Shown here piece after piece: positions 1-10,581 of a DNA stretch of 64,000 bases. Each line of letters opens with the position of its first letter. Position 1 is the stretch's first letter. The position numbers were made by a program, and so were the translations under genes. The notes beneath the pieces are model-generated. The model searched no databases, was not told where the DNA came from, and was given only the letters and a program-made list of their open reading frames with translations. The stretch comes from Candidatus Binatia bacterium (GTDB lineage: Bacteria; Desulfobacterota; Binatia; Bin18): positions 1,472,001-1,536,000 of the forward strand of contig OY761159.2 of NCBI GenBank assembly GCA_963664395.2. Direction: 5' to 3'.

Positions 1-1067
1 CTTTCAACCTTCTCGACTGCGCGCCCGACCTCCCGGACGTGTTGGTGGATTTCCTCCACCTTGGTCAGAATATGCCGAATCTTGGTATGCGCTTCGATAA
101 CGGCCCGGGCGCGCTGTTCGGCATCGTCCCAGGACCGCTCGGCATAGTCGCGCAACTCCCTGGTCTGAAACAGGAGCTCTTGGACCTCGTCCTCATAGCC
201 ATGAATCAGACCATGGATAACAGTATGCACGGCGGGCTGCTCTGACGGCTCCTTCCATAAAACGTGTTCGAGAAAGAAGACATCAGTTTCGGTGACGATA
301 TGGCGTCCATCCAAACAGGCCACGGCTTGCATCAGACCGACACTTTGGCGGTAGCGACGGTCAGACGCGAGAATATCTTTTGTCCGCAGCTCTCGGCGCA
401 CCTCAGCCATGATCCCAAGAACCGCGTCAGGGACGGTAACGGCTTGGGCCTCGGTCTGCAACTGGCGCAACTCGTCGAGGGTCAGCGTCGTTCGTTCAGC
501 CGGTCGCCGCGCCTGGAGCATGTGCAGAAAGCGAAAGTCCTCCTGGATATAATCCACGGCGAAGCGCAGCAGGAAACGGTCGTACAGCGCGACGAGTTCA
601 TCGTCCTCGGGGAGTTCATTGCTGGCCCCGAAGAGCGTCAGGAGCGGCACCGCCGCCGCCTCTTTGCCGTTGTGAAAGACCCGCTCGTTGATAATGCTGA
701 GGATCGCGTTCAATATCGATGAACTGGACTTGAAGACCTCGTCCAAAAAAGCGATGTGCGCCTCGGGCAGTTTGTGATCCGTGACCCGGCGGTAGTCGTC
801 GGCTTCGAGCGCTTTGAGGCTGACCGCTCCAAAGAGTTCTTCCGGCGTCGTGAATTTCGTCAACAACCACTGGAAATAGTGCGCGCCGGTAATACGCCGA
901 CACAGCTCATCCGCCAGCATCGACTTGGCCGTCCCCGGAGGGCCGATAATAAGGACGTGCTGCGAGGCTAACAAGGCTGCGAGCGCACCGTCTATGAGGG
1001 CTTGGCGTTCGAGAAAACTATGTTGGAGCTCTGCGCGTATTTTTTGCAGTTTTTCTTGCGGAGTCAC
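1..1067 (-). CDS. MoxR/RavA-family AAA+ ATPase (3' end runs off window)
   Basis: Not in the ORF track. Manual minus-strand translation gives VTPQEKLQKIRAEL...IGPPGTAKS (Walker A)...LLTKFTTPEELFG...AFLDEVFKSSSSILN (Walker B)...ASNELPE..LYDRFLLR. AAGGA lies upstream of GTG 1067 / TTG 1070. Confidence 0.9.
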   Translation of the reverse strand, partial: MTPQEKLQKIRAELQHSFLERQALIDGALAALLASQHVLIIGPPGTAKSMLADELCRRITGAHYFQWLLTKFTTPEELFGAVSLKALEADDYRRVTDHKLPEAHIAFLDEVFKSSSSILNAILSIINERVFHNGKEAAAVPLLTLFGASNELPEDDELVALYDRFLLRFAVDYIQEDFRFLHMLQARRPAERTTLTLDELRQLQTEAQAVTVPDAVLGIMAEVRRELRTKDILASDRRYRQSVGLMQAVACLDGRHIVTETDVFFLEHVLWKEPSEQPAVHTVIHGLIHGYEDEVQELLFQTRELRDYAERSWDDAEQRARAVIEAHTKIRHILTKVEEIHQHVREVGRAVEKVE

Positions 1068-1236
1068 CAATATTATCCTTCACATCTCTATGGATAAGAC
1101 AAACTATCAGATAGGCAGGAGTGCGACAATTTGGCTCTGACGCACCTTTTCACAGGCATATACCTCTAGCATCCCTATAGATAGATCGTTTATAACAATC
1201 CCCGACGATACTCTTCATTCTCGTAAGGAGGGAAGC

Positions 1237-2448
1237 ATGGCATTAGCTCTGGATGGCATAAAAGTTCTGGAACTCACTCGGGTCGGGCCAGGTGCATTCT
1301 GTACCATGATGTTGGCGGACATGGGCGCTGAGGTGTTGAAAATCGAGCCGCCCCCAACTGGAAAGCTGGCCGGCTCGGGAGCATCACCCAAGCTGGATGA
1401 GGCGCGTAAACTTGCCACCAGCTTTACGAATCGGAACAAAAAGAGTCTCACCCTGAATTTGAAAGACCCGGCCGGGCAGGACATCTTGCACACCTTAGCC
1501 AAGGAGTACGACGTATTGGTCGAAGGCTTCCGGCCTGGCGTGATGCAGCGGCTGGGCGGTGACTATGAGACTCTGCGGGCAATCAACCCCGGCATCGTCT
1601 ACTGCTCTTTGAGCGGCTATGGCCAAGACGGCCCGTACCGGAATTTCCCGGCCCACGACCTGAATTATCTCTCTTTGAGCGGTGTCCTGGACCTGATTGG
1701 ACCAGCCGAGGGGCCGCCCTCCATTCCGCTGAATATTATTGCCGACTATGCCGGCGCCTCCATGCACGGCGCCTTAGGTATCATGTTTGCCCTGTTTGCC
1801 AGACAACAGACCGGCCAGGGTCAGTTGGTTGATATCTCCTATCTGGACACCACGATTTCACTGCTGGCGGCCACGCCGAATGTCCGTGATTATTTTGCCG
1901 ACGGGATCATGCCGGGCCGGGCCAAGGGGGTCTTTGGCGGCGGGTATGCCTATTACAGTGTGTATCAGACCAAAGACGGCAAACAGCTCTCCATCGGCTG
2001 TACCGAGCCCTGGCTGTGGAATAATGTCTGTGACGCGCTGGACCGCCCGGATTGGAAGGACTGCGGCATGAAGATGGGAGATTTCTCCCAGCACTCAACC
2101 GAACGACATCAGCAGGTGAAAAGAGAATTCCAAGAAATTCTCCTCACCAAAACACGCGACGAGTGGTACGATTTTTTCACGCAAGCCGATGTGTGTGTCG
2201 GAAAAGTCTACGCTGTGCCTGAAGTCTTTGAAGACCCACAAGTGAGGCATCGCCAGATGGCGGTTGAGCTCGATCACCCCCAAGCCGGAAAAGTGACCCA
2301 GGCCGGTGTGGCCATCAAGCTGTCGGAGACACCGGGCTCGATCCGTTCCTTTGCACCCGCGCTCGGGCAGCATACGGACGAAGTCCTGGGCGACGTGGGC
2401 CTGAGCACAGAGAAAATTGCACAGCTACGCGAGAAACACGTGGTGTAG
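1237..2448 (+). CDS. CaiB/BaiF class III CoA-transferase
   Basis: LADMGAEVLKIE, NRNKKSLTLNLK, EGFRPGVMQRLG, SGYGQDGPY, HDLNY and APALGQHT motifs; GGAGG RBS. Confidence 0.93.
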   Translation: MALALDGIKVLELTRVGPGAFCTMMLADMGAEVLKIEPPPTGKLAGSGASPKLDEARKLATSFTNRNKKSLTLNLKDPAGQDILHTLAKEYDVLVEGFRPGVMQRLGGDYETLRAINPGIVYCSLSGYGQDGPYRNFPAHDLNYLSLSGVLDLIGPAEGPPSIPLNIIADYAGASMHGALGIMFALFARQQTGQGQLVDISYLDTTISLLAATPNVRDYFADGIMPGRAKGVFGGGYAYYSVYQTKDGKQLSIGCTEPWLWNNVCDALDRPDWKDCGMKMGDFSQHSTERHQQVKREFQEILLTKTRDEWYDFFTQADVCVGKVYAVPEVFEDPQVRHRQMAVELDHPQAGKVTQAGVAIKLSETPGSIRSFAPALGQHTDEVLGDVGLSTEKIAQLREKHVV

Positions 2449-2453
2449 AACCA

Positions 2454-2484
2454 GGGGATTGGGGGCTGGACTTCCCCAATCCCC
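2454..2484. terminator. GC-rich hairpin (terminator or REP-like)
   Basis: GGGGATTGGGG-N9-CCCCAATCCCC perfect 11-bp inverted repeat just after the CoA-transferase stop. Confidence 0.5.
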
Positions 2485-2497
2485 AATCCCTTTTCCC

Positions 2498-3859
2498 ATG
2501 CGCTTGTCATTCGACCTTGGGACGCTTGTGCTCTACGACCCGCCCGAAGGGTTTATCCCTCCTGCCTGCTTTCAGTGGGATGGCCGGGTCGATCGTTGGC
2601 GGACCCAGGCTCATCACTATCGCCAGGTAGTTGAGACCTTGAGGCGGCACGACAGCGCCTATACGAACGCCGCGCCAGCTTACCGCACACTGACCCTGTC
2701 CAGCCGTTTGACCCAAGCGCCGCGGCCGTTTCAGAGCGACGCGCTTGAGGCCTGGGCCAACGCGGGACGGCGCGGCACGGTCATTCTGCCGACCGGCGCC
2801 GGGAAGAGCTATGTCGGCCAAAAGGCTATAGAAATTGTCCAGCGAAGCACTCTCGTTGTTGCACCAACTATCGATCTCATGAACCAGTGGTACGACCTGC
2901 TGTGCGCGGCGTTTGGTGAAACCATCGGGCTTATTGGCGGGGGATATTATGAAATTGAAGACCTGACCGTTACCACCTATAGCAGCGCGTATCGGCATAT
3001 GGACCGGCTGGGCAACCGGTGGGGCCTCGTCATATTTGACGAATGCCATCACCTGCCGGGCGCAACGTATAGCCATGCCGCGGAAATGTGCCTCGCGCCT
3101 TACCGCTTAGGCTTAACGGCGACGCCGGAACGGGCCGACGGGCGTGAGGCGCTGCTCGATACCCTCATTGGCCCGCAGGTGTATGCCCAAGGGATTACCG
3201 AGCTGGCCGGGGAGTATTTGGCCGACTACGTCGTTGAACGCCTCAAAGTTACGCTCACGCCGGAGGAGGAAGAGGAATACCGTCAGGCCCGTAGTACGTT
3301 CTATGATTTTATAGTGGACCACGGCATCGTCCTGGACGGCTTAGCTGGCTGGCACCGCTTTATTCGTGAGAGCGCGACGAGTCGGAAGGGTCGGAGTGCC
3401 TTGCTCGCCCACCAGCGGGCAAAAAAACTGGCGTTGGGAACCCACGCCAAGCTGCGCACCCTTGATTTCCTGCTGAAAAAACACGCCCGTGACCTGACCC
3501 TTATTTTCACCAGTGATAATGATACGGTCCACGCGATCTCCGCTGCGTTTTTGATTCCAGCCCTCACCCACCAAACGCCGACCAAGGAACGCAAAGCCAT
3601 ACTCGAAGCGTTTAACCACGGGGAGTATCTGGCCCTGGCCACGTCAAAAGTGTTGAACGAAGGCGTGAATATCCCGGAAGCCAGTGTCGCCATTATTCTG
3701 TCCGGTTCCGGCTCAACCCGCGAGCACGTGCAACGTCTGGGCCGGATTCTGCGCAAACGGGAAGGTAAGCAGGCGATTTTGTACGAAGTCGTTACCGCGG
3801 GAACGGTGGAAGAACGCATCAGTGAGCGGCGACGTCAACACGCTGCCTATCAAGTCTGA
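2498..3859 (+). CDS. XPB/Ssl2-like SF2 DEAD/DEAH helicase
   Basis: LPTGAGKS, DECHH, LGLTATPER, VLNEGVNIP and QRLGRILR motifs; start set at ATG 2498. Confidence 0.9.
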   Translation: MRLSFDLGTLVLYDPPEGFIPPACFQWDGRVDRWRTQAHHYRQVVETLRRHDSAYTNAAPAYRTLTLSSRLTQAPRPFQSDALEAWANAGRRGTVILPTGAGKSYVGQKAIEIVQRSTLVVAPTIDLMNQWYDLLCAAFGETIGLIGGGYYEIEDLTVTTYSSAYRHMDRLGNRWGLVIFDECHHLPGATYSHAAEMCLAPYRLGLTATPERADGREALLDTLIGPQVYAQGITELAGEYLADYVVERLKVTLTPEEEEEYRQARSTFYDFIVDHGIVLDGLAGWHRFIRESATSRKGRSALLAHQRAKKLALGTHAKLRTLDFLLKKHARDLTLIFTSDNDTVHAISAAFLIPALTHQTPTKERKAILEAFNHGEYLALATSKVLNEGVNIPEASVAIILSGSGSTREHVQRLGRILRKREGKQAILYEVVTAGTVEERISERRRQHAAYQV

Positions 3860-3900
3860 AAAACGGGCAAGGCTGAAAAAACGGAGAAGAGAGAAACGTA

Positions 3901-4950
3901 ATGGTTCAGGAAAACAGCTCGCTCATTCACCTACCGAATCTTATTGGTTTTCTGCGTGACAGACTCTCCCTGACGGAGGGCGACATCAGGATAGAAAGAC
4001 ACCAAGCCGGCTACTCAAACGAAACGTTTTTTGTCTCCTGGGGAGACAAACGCTGGGTCCTGCGGCGTCCGCCGAGCGGCGACCTGCTGCCGACCGCCCA
4101 CGATATGCTGCGCGAATACCGGGTGCTGTCGGCCCTGTCCGGCTTTGACGTGCGGACTCCACAGCCGGTGATTGCGTGTGAAGATCGGGACGTTCTCGGC
4201 GTTCCCTTTTATCTGATGCAGCGTGTGGACGGCGTAGTCATCCGTGAAACGCTCCCGGAAGTTTTTGATGAGCAGGAAGAGCGCCAACGACTCGGAGAAG
4301 AATTAATTGACGCCCTCGCCGAACTCCACGCCGTGCACTGGCAGGGCACGGACCTCGAAGGCATCGGCCGGCCGCAGGGCTATCTTGAGCGCCAACTCAA
4401 ACGCTGGACCAAACAGTGTGCGCTGACCGTGCCGCATACCCGGCCATTGCCCAGCCTCAAGGAAGTCGGCGACTGGCTGCAACAGCGGCTGCCGCCGGCG
4501 AGCGAAGCCACGCTTGTGCATGGGGATTATAAGGTCGATAACGTGATGTTTCGGGCATCCGCCCCGGCCCGCCTGGTCGCCATATTCGACTGGGAAATGG
4601 CGACCCTCGGCGACCCGCTGACCGACCTCGGTTGGCTGCTCAGCTTCTGGGGACCCACCGGTGATGAGCGAGACACCCCGGACCTGATTGACAGCAATGC
4701 CATGACCCAGTTGCCGGGCTTTTTATCCCGCGAAGAGATGGCCGCGCGCTATGCGCAGCGAACCGGCCGGACCATGGAGCACTTTCCCTTCTATCGCTGC
4801 CTCGCAGTCTGGAAGTATGCCATCATTCTGGAGGGCCTGTATCGGCACTATCTCGAAGGAACCGCGGCCAATCCGAAAGCCGCCGAGTTTGCGTGGAAGG
4901 TGCCTCAGCTCGTGCAGCGCGCCCAGCGGATTATGGCCGAGGCCGGCTGA
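3901..4950 (+). CDS. APH-family phosphotransferase (ACAD10/11 kinase-like)
   Basis: GYSNETF, VLRRPP, AHDMLREYRVL, HGDYKVDN and FDWEMATLGDPLTDLG motifs. Confidence 0.9.
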   Translation: MVQENSSLIHLPNLIGFLRDRLSLTEGDIRIERHQAGYSNETFFVSWGDKRWVLRRPPSGDLLPTAHDMLREYRVLSALSGFDVRTPQPVIACEDRDVLGVPFYLMQRVDGVVIRETLPEVFDEQEERQRLGEELIDALAELHAVHWQGTDLEGIGRPQGYLERQLKRWTKQCALTVPHTRPLPSLKEVGDWLQQRLPPASEATLVHGDYKVDNVMFRASAPARLVAIFDWEMATLGDPLTDLGWLLSFWGPTGDERDTPDLIDSNAMTQLPGFLSREEMAARYAQRTGRTMEHFPFYRCLAVWKYAIILEGLYRHYLEGTAANPKAAEFAWKVPQLVQRAQRIMAEAG

Positions 4951-4960
4951 CCCCTTACAG

Positions 4961-5995
4961 TCATGAACCAAGCAGCAACTCCTTGGCCCGGCCGAAAAGC
5001 GTCTTGACCGACGGGGCGATCAGGTCCCATTCGGGGTCGTGGCGCTTGCCGCGACGGTGCAGCATCACGTTAAAGCAACTGATCGCCCCAAAGCGATAGC
5101 CGGCCAAGGCACGATACCAATTGATATCGGGGACTTTGCGTTGCATGCCCTCTTCGTATAACGCCACGAGTTCATCAATCGGCGGGGTGGTTGAGATTGG
5201 ACGGCGTTCGGCATCCCAGCTTTCCGGGTCAATAAAGACCAGCAGCCAGCCGAGGTCGAGCAGATGCCCACTGATGCCGGAAATCTCCCAATCCAGGAGC
5301 GCCACAAGTTTCTCGCCGGCTGGCTGTTTGTCAAAGAGCAGGTTGGTCCCCTGATAGTCGCCATGAAAGAGGCCGATTGGAGGAGTAGCGGGTTGGTGGG
5401 TGAGCAGCAGTTCTCGCACCTCTTCGCCCCAGGTCACCCATTCCGGTTCAGCCGCTTTCGCCAGAATCGGGTCCCAGAAGCGAATTTCCTGTTCGAGTGA
5501 GCGGGGCGCTTCCCAGCCGGCCAGTTCGATTTTCCAATCAAGCCGATGGACCTGGACTAAAGCCTGCACCCCTTTTTGGTAGAGCAGCGCGACGGCCTCG
5601 GCGTTTCGGTCAAACGACGCATCCGGTTCCCAGACGTGGAAGGTGCGGCCGGGCAGGCGTTCGGCCATCAGGTAGGGCACCTCAAACCAGCGCAGGTCGT
5701 CACCGGCCCACCGCACTTCCGGGACAGGGACGCCATTCTTCTTGAGTGCGCGCAGTAAAGGCGCTTGGCGCAGGACATCCGTATTTCCGCTTTGGCGAAC
5801 GCCTTTGGGGGGCAGACGCATGACCAGAGATTCGTACGCAGGCTGTCCATCTTTTTGGTACGCAACCGTAAAACCAAAACTCAGCCCGGCATGGCCGGGC
5901 ATGGCCTCGACCTGGCGTACGAGCGCGTCTTTTCCGTAATGGCTCAGACAGAATGCTTGTAATTGTTGAGTGAGGACCGGTATCTCAACGGCCAT
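4961..5995 (-). CDS. APH-family phosphotransferase
   Basis: HGDYQGTNLLF and LDWEISG..LLDLGW motifs; AAGGAG RBS before ATG 5995; convergent with its paralog. Confidence 0.88.
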   Translation of the reverse strand: MAVEIPVLTQQLQAFCLSHYGKDALVRQVEAMPGHAGLSFGFTVAYQKDGQPAYESLVMRLPPKGVRQSGNTDVLRQAPLLRALKKNGVPVPEVRWAGDDLRWFEVPYLMAERLPGRTFHVWEPDASFDRNAEAVALLYQKGVQALVQVHRLDWKIELAGWEAPRSLEQEIRFWDPILAKAAEPEWVTWGEEVRELLLTHQPATPPIGLFHGDYQGTNLLFDKQPAGEKLVALLDWEISGISGHLLDLGWLLVFIDPESWDAERRPISTTPPIDELVALYEEGMQRKVPDINWYRALAGYRFGAISCFNVMLHRRGKRHDPEWDLIAPSVKTLFGRAKELLLGS

Positions 5996-6154
5996 ACGAC
6001 TCTCCTTGTGTAGACGAAAACGCGAGCCCGCACATGTAACCATATTCCCCCTCAAGTGCCTAGCAGAGCCGGGAGCTTTTCCGGCAGGCTCAGAAAGCGT
6101 ACAGAGGAAGCAGTCCCTTTTGAGGGAAACCATTCAGTGACGGAGGCGTGGCAA

Positions 6155-7753
6155 TTGGCGACTCAGCAGTACGCATTGACGGATGAGGACCGCGTGGCCC
6201 TTCGAGAACGCCACATCACCCCTGAGGCGATTGCTGCCTACATTCAGCAGTTTCAGCAGGGCTTCCCTCCCATTCAGTTGGAGCGAGCGTGTACGCTTGG
6301 TGATGGTATTATCCGCATACCGGCCGAGACTGCTCGCTTAGCGCAGTTGTATGCCGAGGCTGCGGCAGCAGGACGAATGACAAAGTTTGTCCCCGCCTCG
6401 GGTGCGGCCAGTCGGATGTTTCAATTGCCCCTCTCTTTTTTCCAGCAGCCGGAGTTGCTCTCGAACCAGGCGCTTGCCAGGAGAGCGGCCGAGGGAGATG
6501 TCGACTGTCAGACCTTCCAGCGCTTTCTCGACCAGCTTGACCACTTTGCTTTTGCCCAGGAACTGCGGACAGTCTTGCTTAGAGACGGCCACACGCTGGA
6601 GGGATTACTGAGTCAAGAGCAGTATTACACGCTTCTCACCTATCTCCTCACACCAACGGGATTGAACTACGCCAACCTGCCCAAAGGACTCGTGCCGTTT
6701 CACGCCTACGGAGACCATAGCCGGACTGCTTTTGAGGAACATCTGGTTGAAGCGCTGGAGTATGTCCGGGATGCCGCAGCCATCGCGCGGCTGCACTTCA
6801 CGGTTGCTGCGTCCCACCAGCAGGCCATCCAGACGTATCTTGACCGCGTGCGTCACCGCTACGCCCAGCAGGGCGCTCACCTCAACATTTCGTATTCCAT
6901 TCAGAAGCCCTCTACAGACACCATCGCCGTGGACTCGGACAACATCCCCTTCAGGGATAGCAGTGGGGCCCTTGTTTTTCGTCCCGGCGGACACGGCGCC
7001 TTATTAGAAAACCTGGCCGACCTGCAAGGCGATATTATTTTTGTAAAGAATATCGATAATGTGCTGCCCGACCGGCTGAAGCCCGATACCTATCGATACA
7101 AAAAATTATTGAGCGGCTATCTGCTGCATCTCCAACAGCAAACGTTTTCGCATCTCACCCGCCTTGAAGCCTGCGGTCAGCATGAGTCAGAGAGCACCCA
7201 AGCAACCGACGCGGCGCGTGTCTTTGCGCAGGACCGGCTCTCCCTCCTTTTGCCACAAGACTTCGAGAGCCGCCTACTATCCGAACAACGCACCCTCCTC
7301 ATTGGCTGTCTCAATCGGCCCTTGCGCGTGTGTGGGGTTGTGAAAAATACTGGGGAGCCGGGTGGCGGACCCTTCTGGGTCAGACAGGCCAACGGCACCA
7401 CCTCGCTTCAAATTGTCGAGTCTTCCCAAGTTGATATGACACACGCGGAGCAACGAGCAATCTGGCAAGCGGCCACCCATTTCAATCCGGTTGATCTCGT
7501 GTGTGGCGTGCGTGACTATCGGGGCCGACCCTTTGATTTACAGCGGTTTACCGATCCCGCGACCGGATTTATCTCTGAGAAATCAAAAGACGGACGTTCC
7601 CTGCGGGCACTCGAATTACCGGGGTTGTGGAACGGGGCTATGGCGCACTGGAATACTGCCTTTGTGGAAGTACCGGGGAGTACGTTTCATCCGGTCAAGA
7701 CCGTTATGGACCTTTTACGTCCCGAGCATCAGCCTGTCCCCGCTCCCCATTGA
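6155..7753 (+). CDS. DUF4301 family protein (nucleotide-sugar pyrophosphorylase-like)
   Basis: KFVPASGAASRMF, PKGL.PFH, FRPGGHGAL, KNIDNV, GEPGGGPFW, THFNPVDLVCG and LPGLWNGAMA motifs. The start is uncertain; GGAGG precedes TTG 6155. Confidence 0.85.
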   Translation: MATQQYALTDEDRVALRERHITPEAIAAYIQQFQQGFPPIQLERACTLGDGIIRIPAETARLAQLYAEAAAAGRMTKFVPASGAASRMFQLPLSFFQQPELLSNQALARRAAEGDVDCQTFQRFLDQLDHFAFAQELRTVLLRDGHTLEGLLSQEQYYTLLTYLLTPTGLNYANLPKGLVPFHAYGDHSRTAFEEHLVEALEYVRDAAAIARLHFTVAASHQQAIQTYLDRVRHRYAQQGAHLNISYSIQKPSTDTIAVDSDNIPFRDSSGALVFRPGGHGALLENLADLQGDIIFVKNIDNVLPDRLKPDTYRYKKLLSGYLLHLQQQTFSHLTRLEACGQHESESTQATDAARVFAQDRLSLLLPQDFESRLLSEQRTLLIGCLNRPLRVCGVVKNTGEPGGGPFWVRQANGTTSLQIVESSQVDMTHAEQRAIWQAATHFNPVDLVCGVRDYRGRPFDLQRFTDPATGFISEKSKDGRSLRALELPGLWNGAMAHWNTAFVEVPGSTFHPVKTVMDLLRPEHQPVPAPH

Positions 7754-7935
7754 CAACCTGTCTCGATTGATACTCTCTATAGCGCCATATTCTTTGACCG
7801 ACTCTCGTTTCAGATGGGCCATGAGCATCATTCACGCGCAAGAATGCAGAAGAATTCTTGCTGCTGAACCGCAGGTTCTCATAGCAAAAGACGGGGGCGG
7901 CCATAAGGACGGATACCCTGAGTGAGACGCATGAC

Positions 7936-9282
7936 ATGCTGGAAGAATATCAGTCGGAAACCATCCTGACACTGGACGAATACGAACCCTATATCGGACG
8001 GGAACGAGTCGATACCCTCACCCGCCTGGCCGCTTCCGTCGCCGGCAAAGGCTGGGCAAACATCAATGCCACGTTCGTGGGCGGTGGGGTGGCAGAAATG
8101 CTGCGGAGCGTGATTCCGCTTGCCCGCTCACTCGGTGTCCACGCCCGTTGGTATACCATCCAGGGTCATGATGCGTTCTTTCAGGTCACCAAGAAGTTTC
8201 ACAATACGCTCCAGGGCGTGGATCAACCGATTGCTCTTCAGAAACTTTTTGAAACGTATCTGGACAATCTGGAAACAAACGCCACAAATGTTTCTCTGGA
8301 ATCCGATTTGATCGTGGTCCATGATCCCCAACCCGCGGCGCTGATTATGCACGGCGGGCTGATGGGCAACGTGCTGTGGCGGTGTCATATCGATACCTCA
8401 ACCCCGAATCCGACTGTGTGGCGTTTCCTGGCTCCGTATATCAACCAGTATGCGGGGGCGATTTTTACTATGCCCGAGTTTGTCGGGCCGGGGCTGCAGA
8501 TTCCCCGGTACCAGATTACCCCGTGTATTGACCCGCGTGCGGAAAAGAATGTTCAGTACACCGAAGAACGTGCCAAAGAGATTCTCACTCCTCTGTTCCG
8601 GCAGCACGCGGTTGACCCGGACCGTCCGATTCTGGCCGCCATTTCCCGCTACGATATCCATAAAAATCAGGCCTCTATCCTGCGGGCGTTCACACGCCTG
8701 CGTGCAGAGCGGCGGTATGACCCGGCCCCCTATCTCATTTTCCTCGGCAATACGGCCACCGACGACCCCGAAGGCGAGGCCAGGCTGGAGCAACTCAAAG
8801 CGCTCGCCGACGATGACCCGGATGTTCGCTTCTGGGTCAACGTCGAAAACAACGACCAAGTCGTCGGCTCACTGATGCGTCTGGCCCGCGGCTTTGTCCA
8901 CGTCTCAACCCGCGAGGGCTTCGGGCTCGTCGTCTCCGAGGCGTTATGGCAAGGCACCCCGGTCATTGGCTCTCGCGTGGGCGGGATTGTGCAGCAGGTG
9001 ATTGACGGGGAGACCGGCTATCTGGTCGAACCCCTGGATGTTGACGCTATTGCGACGAAAATGGCTCGCATTCTGGACGCCCCGGAGCAAACCGCCCAAC
9101 TCGGACGGCAGGCCCAAGAGCATGTCCGCCAAAACTTCCTGCTGCCGGAATTGGTCCGCCGCTACCTGACCCTGCTCCGCTACTACACTGGGATCGATCC
9201 GGATTACCCGTCGTTCCGCATGAATCCAATAAGTTATCGTGAGAGGCTGGCCCGCCTCCTGCCGCCTCTTGCTCACCCGTAA
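7936..9282 (+). CDS. GT4 glycosyltransferase, TreT-like trehalose synthase
   Basis: INATFVGGGVAEML, FFQVTKKFHNTLQG, VHDPQP, WRCHID and STREGFGLVVSEALW motifs. Confidence 0.85.
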   Translation: MLEEYQSETILTLDEYEPYIGRERVDTLTRLAASVAGKGWANINATFVGGGVAEMLRSVIPLARSLGVHARWYTIQGHDAFFQVTKKFHNTLQGVDQPIALQKLFETYLDNLETNATNVSLESDLIVVHDPQPAALIMHGGLMGNVLWRCHIDTSTPNPTVWRFLAPYINQYAGAIFTMPEFVGPGLQIPRYQITPCIDPRAEKNVQYTEERAKEILTPLFRQHAVDPDRPILAAISRYDIHKNQASILRAFTRLRAERRYDPAPYLIFLGNTATDDPEGEARLEQLKALADDDPDVRFWVNVENNDQVVGSLMRLARGFVHVSTREGFGLVVSEALWQGTPVIGSRVGGIVQQVIDGETGYLVEPLDVDAIATKMARILDAPEQTAQLGRQAQEHVRQNFLLPELVRRYLTLLRYYTGIDPDYPSFRMNPISYRERLARLLPPLAHP

Positions 9283-9404
9283 CCGGCCCGGTATCAAGCC
9301 GGACCGCCTGACGGGCAGACGGACTGTGAACAATCTGTCCGCTCGTCTAAAATGAGTCCTGTCGGCCAAGCGGCGGAAGCTGACAGCGAAAGGTAGGAGC
9401 GCAT

Positions 9405-10517
9405 ATGGAGACCATGCTGATTACCGGCGGCGCGGGGTTTATCGGCAGTAATTTTGTCCGGCTTGCCTTGGCCGAAACGACCGACGCCCTCGTTATCGTT
9501 GATAAGTTGACGTATGCCGGCAGTCTGAAAAATGTCGAAGATGTCCTTCACAATCCGCGCGTGACCTTTTCCCGAACCGATATTGCGGAACAGGCGGCAG
9601 TTACGGCATTATTCCGGACGTATCAACCGGATTCCGTGGTGAACTGTGCCGCGGAGACCCATGTTGATCGCTCAATTGACAGTCCGTGGCCCTTTGTTGA
9701 GACGAATCTTGTTGGAACGTTTTATTTGCTTGAAGAATCCCGGAAATATGTAGCCTCCCTGAGGGCAAAGGAGCAGTTTCGATTTCTGCACGTCTCGACG
9801 GACGAGGTCTACGGCAGCCTCGGACCTGTGGGCAGCTTTTCCGAAACCACTCCATACGCGCCCAATTCTCCGTATTCTGCCTCAAAAGCGAGCGCCGATC
9901 ATTTTGTCCTGGCCTATTACGCGACCTATGGTCTTCACACCCTGATCACCAACTGTTCGAATAACTATGGTCCGTATCAGTTTCCCGAAAAGCTCATTCC
10001 CCTCATGATTCTCAACGCCGTTGAGGGCAAACCCTTACCACTCTACGGCGATGGACAACACGTCCGTGACTGGCTGCATGTCGAAGACCATTGTCGGGGG
10101 ATCTTGCTTGCTTTGCGTCAGGGGAAGAGTGGCGAAAAATATAATATCGGGGGTGGCCATGAACGGACCAATCGTGAGATTGTGTATCAGATATGCACTA
10201 TGCTTGAAGAACTGCTTCCCGCAGCCAAAAACGCGGCTCTCAAGAAGCGAGGCATTGCCGCTTACTCCGACCTGATGACATTTGTGAAAGATCGTCCTGG
10301 CCACGACCGGCGCTATGCAATCGATGCAACAAAAATCAGAACCACTCTCGGCTGGCGGACACAATACACCTTCGAGCGCGGCCTCGCACAGACGGTCCGT
10401 TGGTATGTGGACAACAGGCAGTGGTGCGACGCTATTGTTGCCGGCACGTATGATCGAGCGCGACTTGGATTAGGTGCTCCCCCATCTTCAGCATCAGGGT
10501 CGGAAACGCCTACATAA
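9405..10517 (+). CDS. rfbB: dTDP-glucose 4,6-dehydratase
   Basis: ITGGAGFIGSN, AAETHVDRSI, HVSTDEVYG, YSASK and DRPGHDRRYAID motifs. Confidence 0.96.
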   Translation: METMLITGGAGFIGSNFVRLALAETTDALVIVDKLTYAGSLKNVEDVLHNPRVTFSRTDIAEQAAVTALFRTYQPDSVVNCAAETHVDRSIDSPWPFVETNLVGTFYLLEESRKYVASLRAKEQFRFLHVSTDEVYGSLGPVGSFSETTPYAPNSPYSASKASADHFVLAYYATYGLHTLITNCSNNYGPYQFPEKLIPLMILNAVEGKPLPLYGDGQHVRDWLHVEDHCRGILLALRQGKSGEKYNIGGGHERTNREIVYQICTMLEELLPAAKNAALKKRGIAAYSDLMTFVKDRPGHDRRYAIDATKIRTTLGWRTQYTFERGLAQTVRWYVDNRQWCDAIVAGTYDRARLGLGAPPSSASGSETPT

Positions 10518-10581
10518 ATATGGGGCAATCTGGTATTGAGAGCTTACCGATTGGGCCGGACGGGAGGATAAAGGATATATC

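Noticed and set aside
39-1140. Plus-strand ORFs in the first 1.1 kb
   Set aside because: They are antisense shadows of the minus-strand AAA+ ATPase frame.
3901-5995. APH-family genes as aminoglycoside resistance
   Set aside because: The motifs match the acyl-CoA-metabolism-associated phosphotransferase group, not APH resistance enzymes.
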